Position numbers and translations under genes: made by a program. Positions 63,555-64,000 of a stretch of 64,000 nt of DNA are shown here, piece after piece. The DNA is taken from the NCBI GenBank assembly GCA_963706285.1, contig CAVPLU010000010.1, positions 1 to 64,000 on the forward strand. The letters run 5' to 3'. The DNA comes from Candidatus Bathyarchaeota archaeon. GTDB taxonomy: Archaea > Thermoproteota > Bathyarchaeia > 40CM-2-53-6. The first letter of the stretch is position 1. Each line of letters begins with the position of its first letter. The notes below the pieces were generated by a model. The model saw only the letters and a program-made list of their open reading frames with translations. It searched no databases and was not told the DNA's origin.

Positions 63555-64000
63555 TTCGCCTCGACTTGATCAAGAAACGTTTCGGAGAAAGAGAAGTTCT
63601 GAAAGGAGTCACATTACAGGTTGAGAAAGGTGAACTTCTTTCTCTCGTCGGTCCCAGTGGCTGCGGAAAGACAACAACCCTCAACATCGTAGCCGGGCTC
63701 TGCCAGCCAGATGATGGATCGGTATTGATCAACCAAGTTCTCGTTGAAGGAAGATCCGGGAAGAAGCGAGTCCACGTTAAGCCGGCAGACCGCAGGATAG
63801 GATATGTCTTTCAAGATTACGGACTCTTCCCCAACATGAAGGTATACGACAACGTCTCATATGGACTCAAGGGCAGGCATCTGCCGGAGGACGAAGTCAA
63901 GAAACGAACTCTGTCATTGCTTGAGTTTGTGGGGCTTTCTGATCATTCTGAACATTACTCTCATGAACTGAGCGGAGGGCAGAAACAACGAATCGCCTTA
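63551..64000 (+). CDS. modC: Molybdate ABC transporter ATPase (partial, runs off window)
   Basis: ATG at 63551; GPSGCGKTT, IGYVFQDYGLFP, LSGGQKQRIAL. Confidence 0.88.
   Translation, partial: MIRLDLIKKRFGEREVLKGVTLQVEKGELLSLVGPSGCGKTTTLNIVAGLCQPDDGSVLINQVLVEGRSGKKRVHVKPADRRIGYVFQDYGLFPNMKVYDNVSYGLKGRHLPEDEVKKRTLSLLEFVGLSDHSEHYSHELSGGQKQRIAL

Noticed and set aside
2134-63814. Numerous short antisense or overlapping ORFs in the ORF track
   Set aside because: They are shadows of well-supported genes and carry no motifs.

Overview
Window from an archaeon, probably TACK/Bathyarchaeia-like (inferred from archaeal-type GlyA, AroA'/AroB', GapN, a DRG GTPase, a Zn-containing ferredoxin, and PGF- and CFI-box-type C-terminal sorting domains). 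Most of it is housekeeping, transport and metabolism. Many genes are split by single-base frameshifts that look like long-read consensus errors rather than pseudogenization. Three accessory zones stand out. (1) ~8.2-13.1 kb holds an AbiE-like antitoxin/nucleotidyltransferase pair with palindromic operators and a Fic-HTH gene with twin operators. (2) ~13.5-21.8 kb is a surface-protein locus with a duplicated ~140-bp upstream element. (3) ~48.4-52.6 kb is an island with a tandem-RHH gene, a 3' fragment of a casposase-type Cas1, a GC-rich foreign CDF gene, and five co-oriented ~25-bp repeats that resemble tRNA 3' ends (T-loop to CCA). Three of these repeats form a mini repeat-spacer array, and this is the most interesting feature of the window. 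The window ends in divergent tupABC(+ModE-PBP regulator) and modABC operons with visible candidate operators. All protein family calls come from motif recognition by eye; no searches were run.
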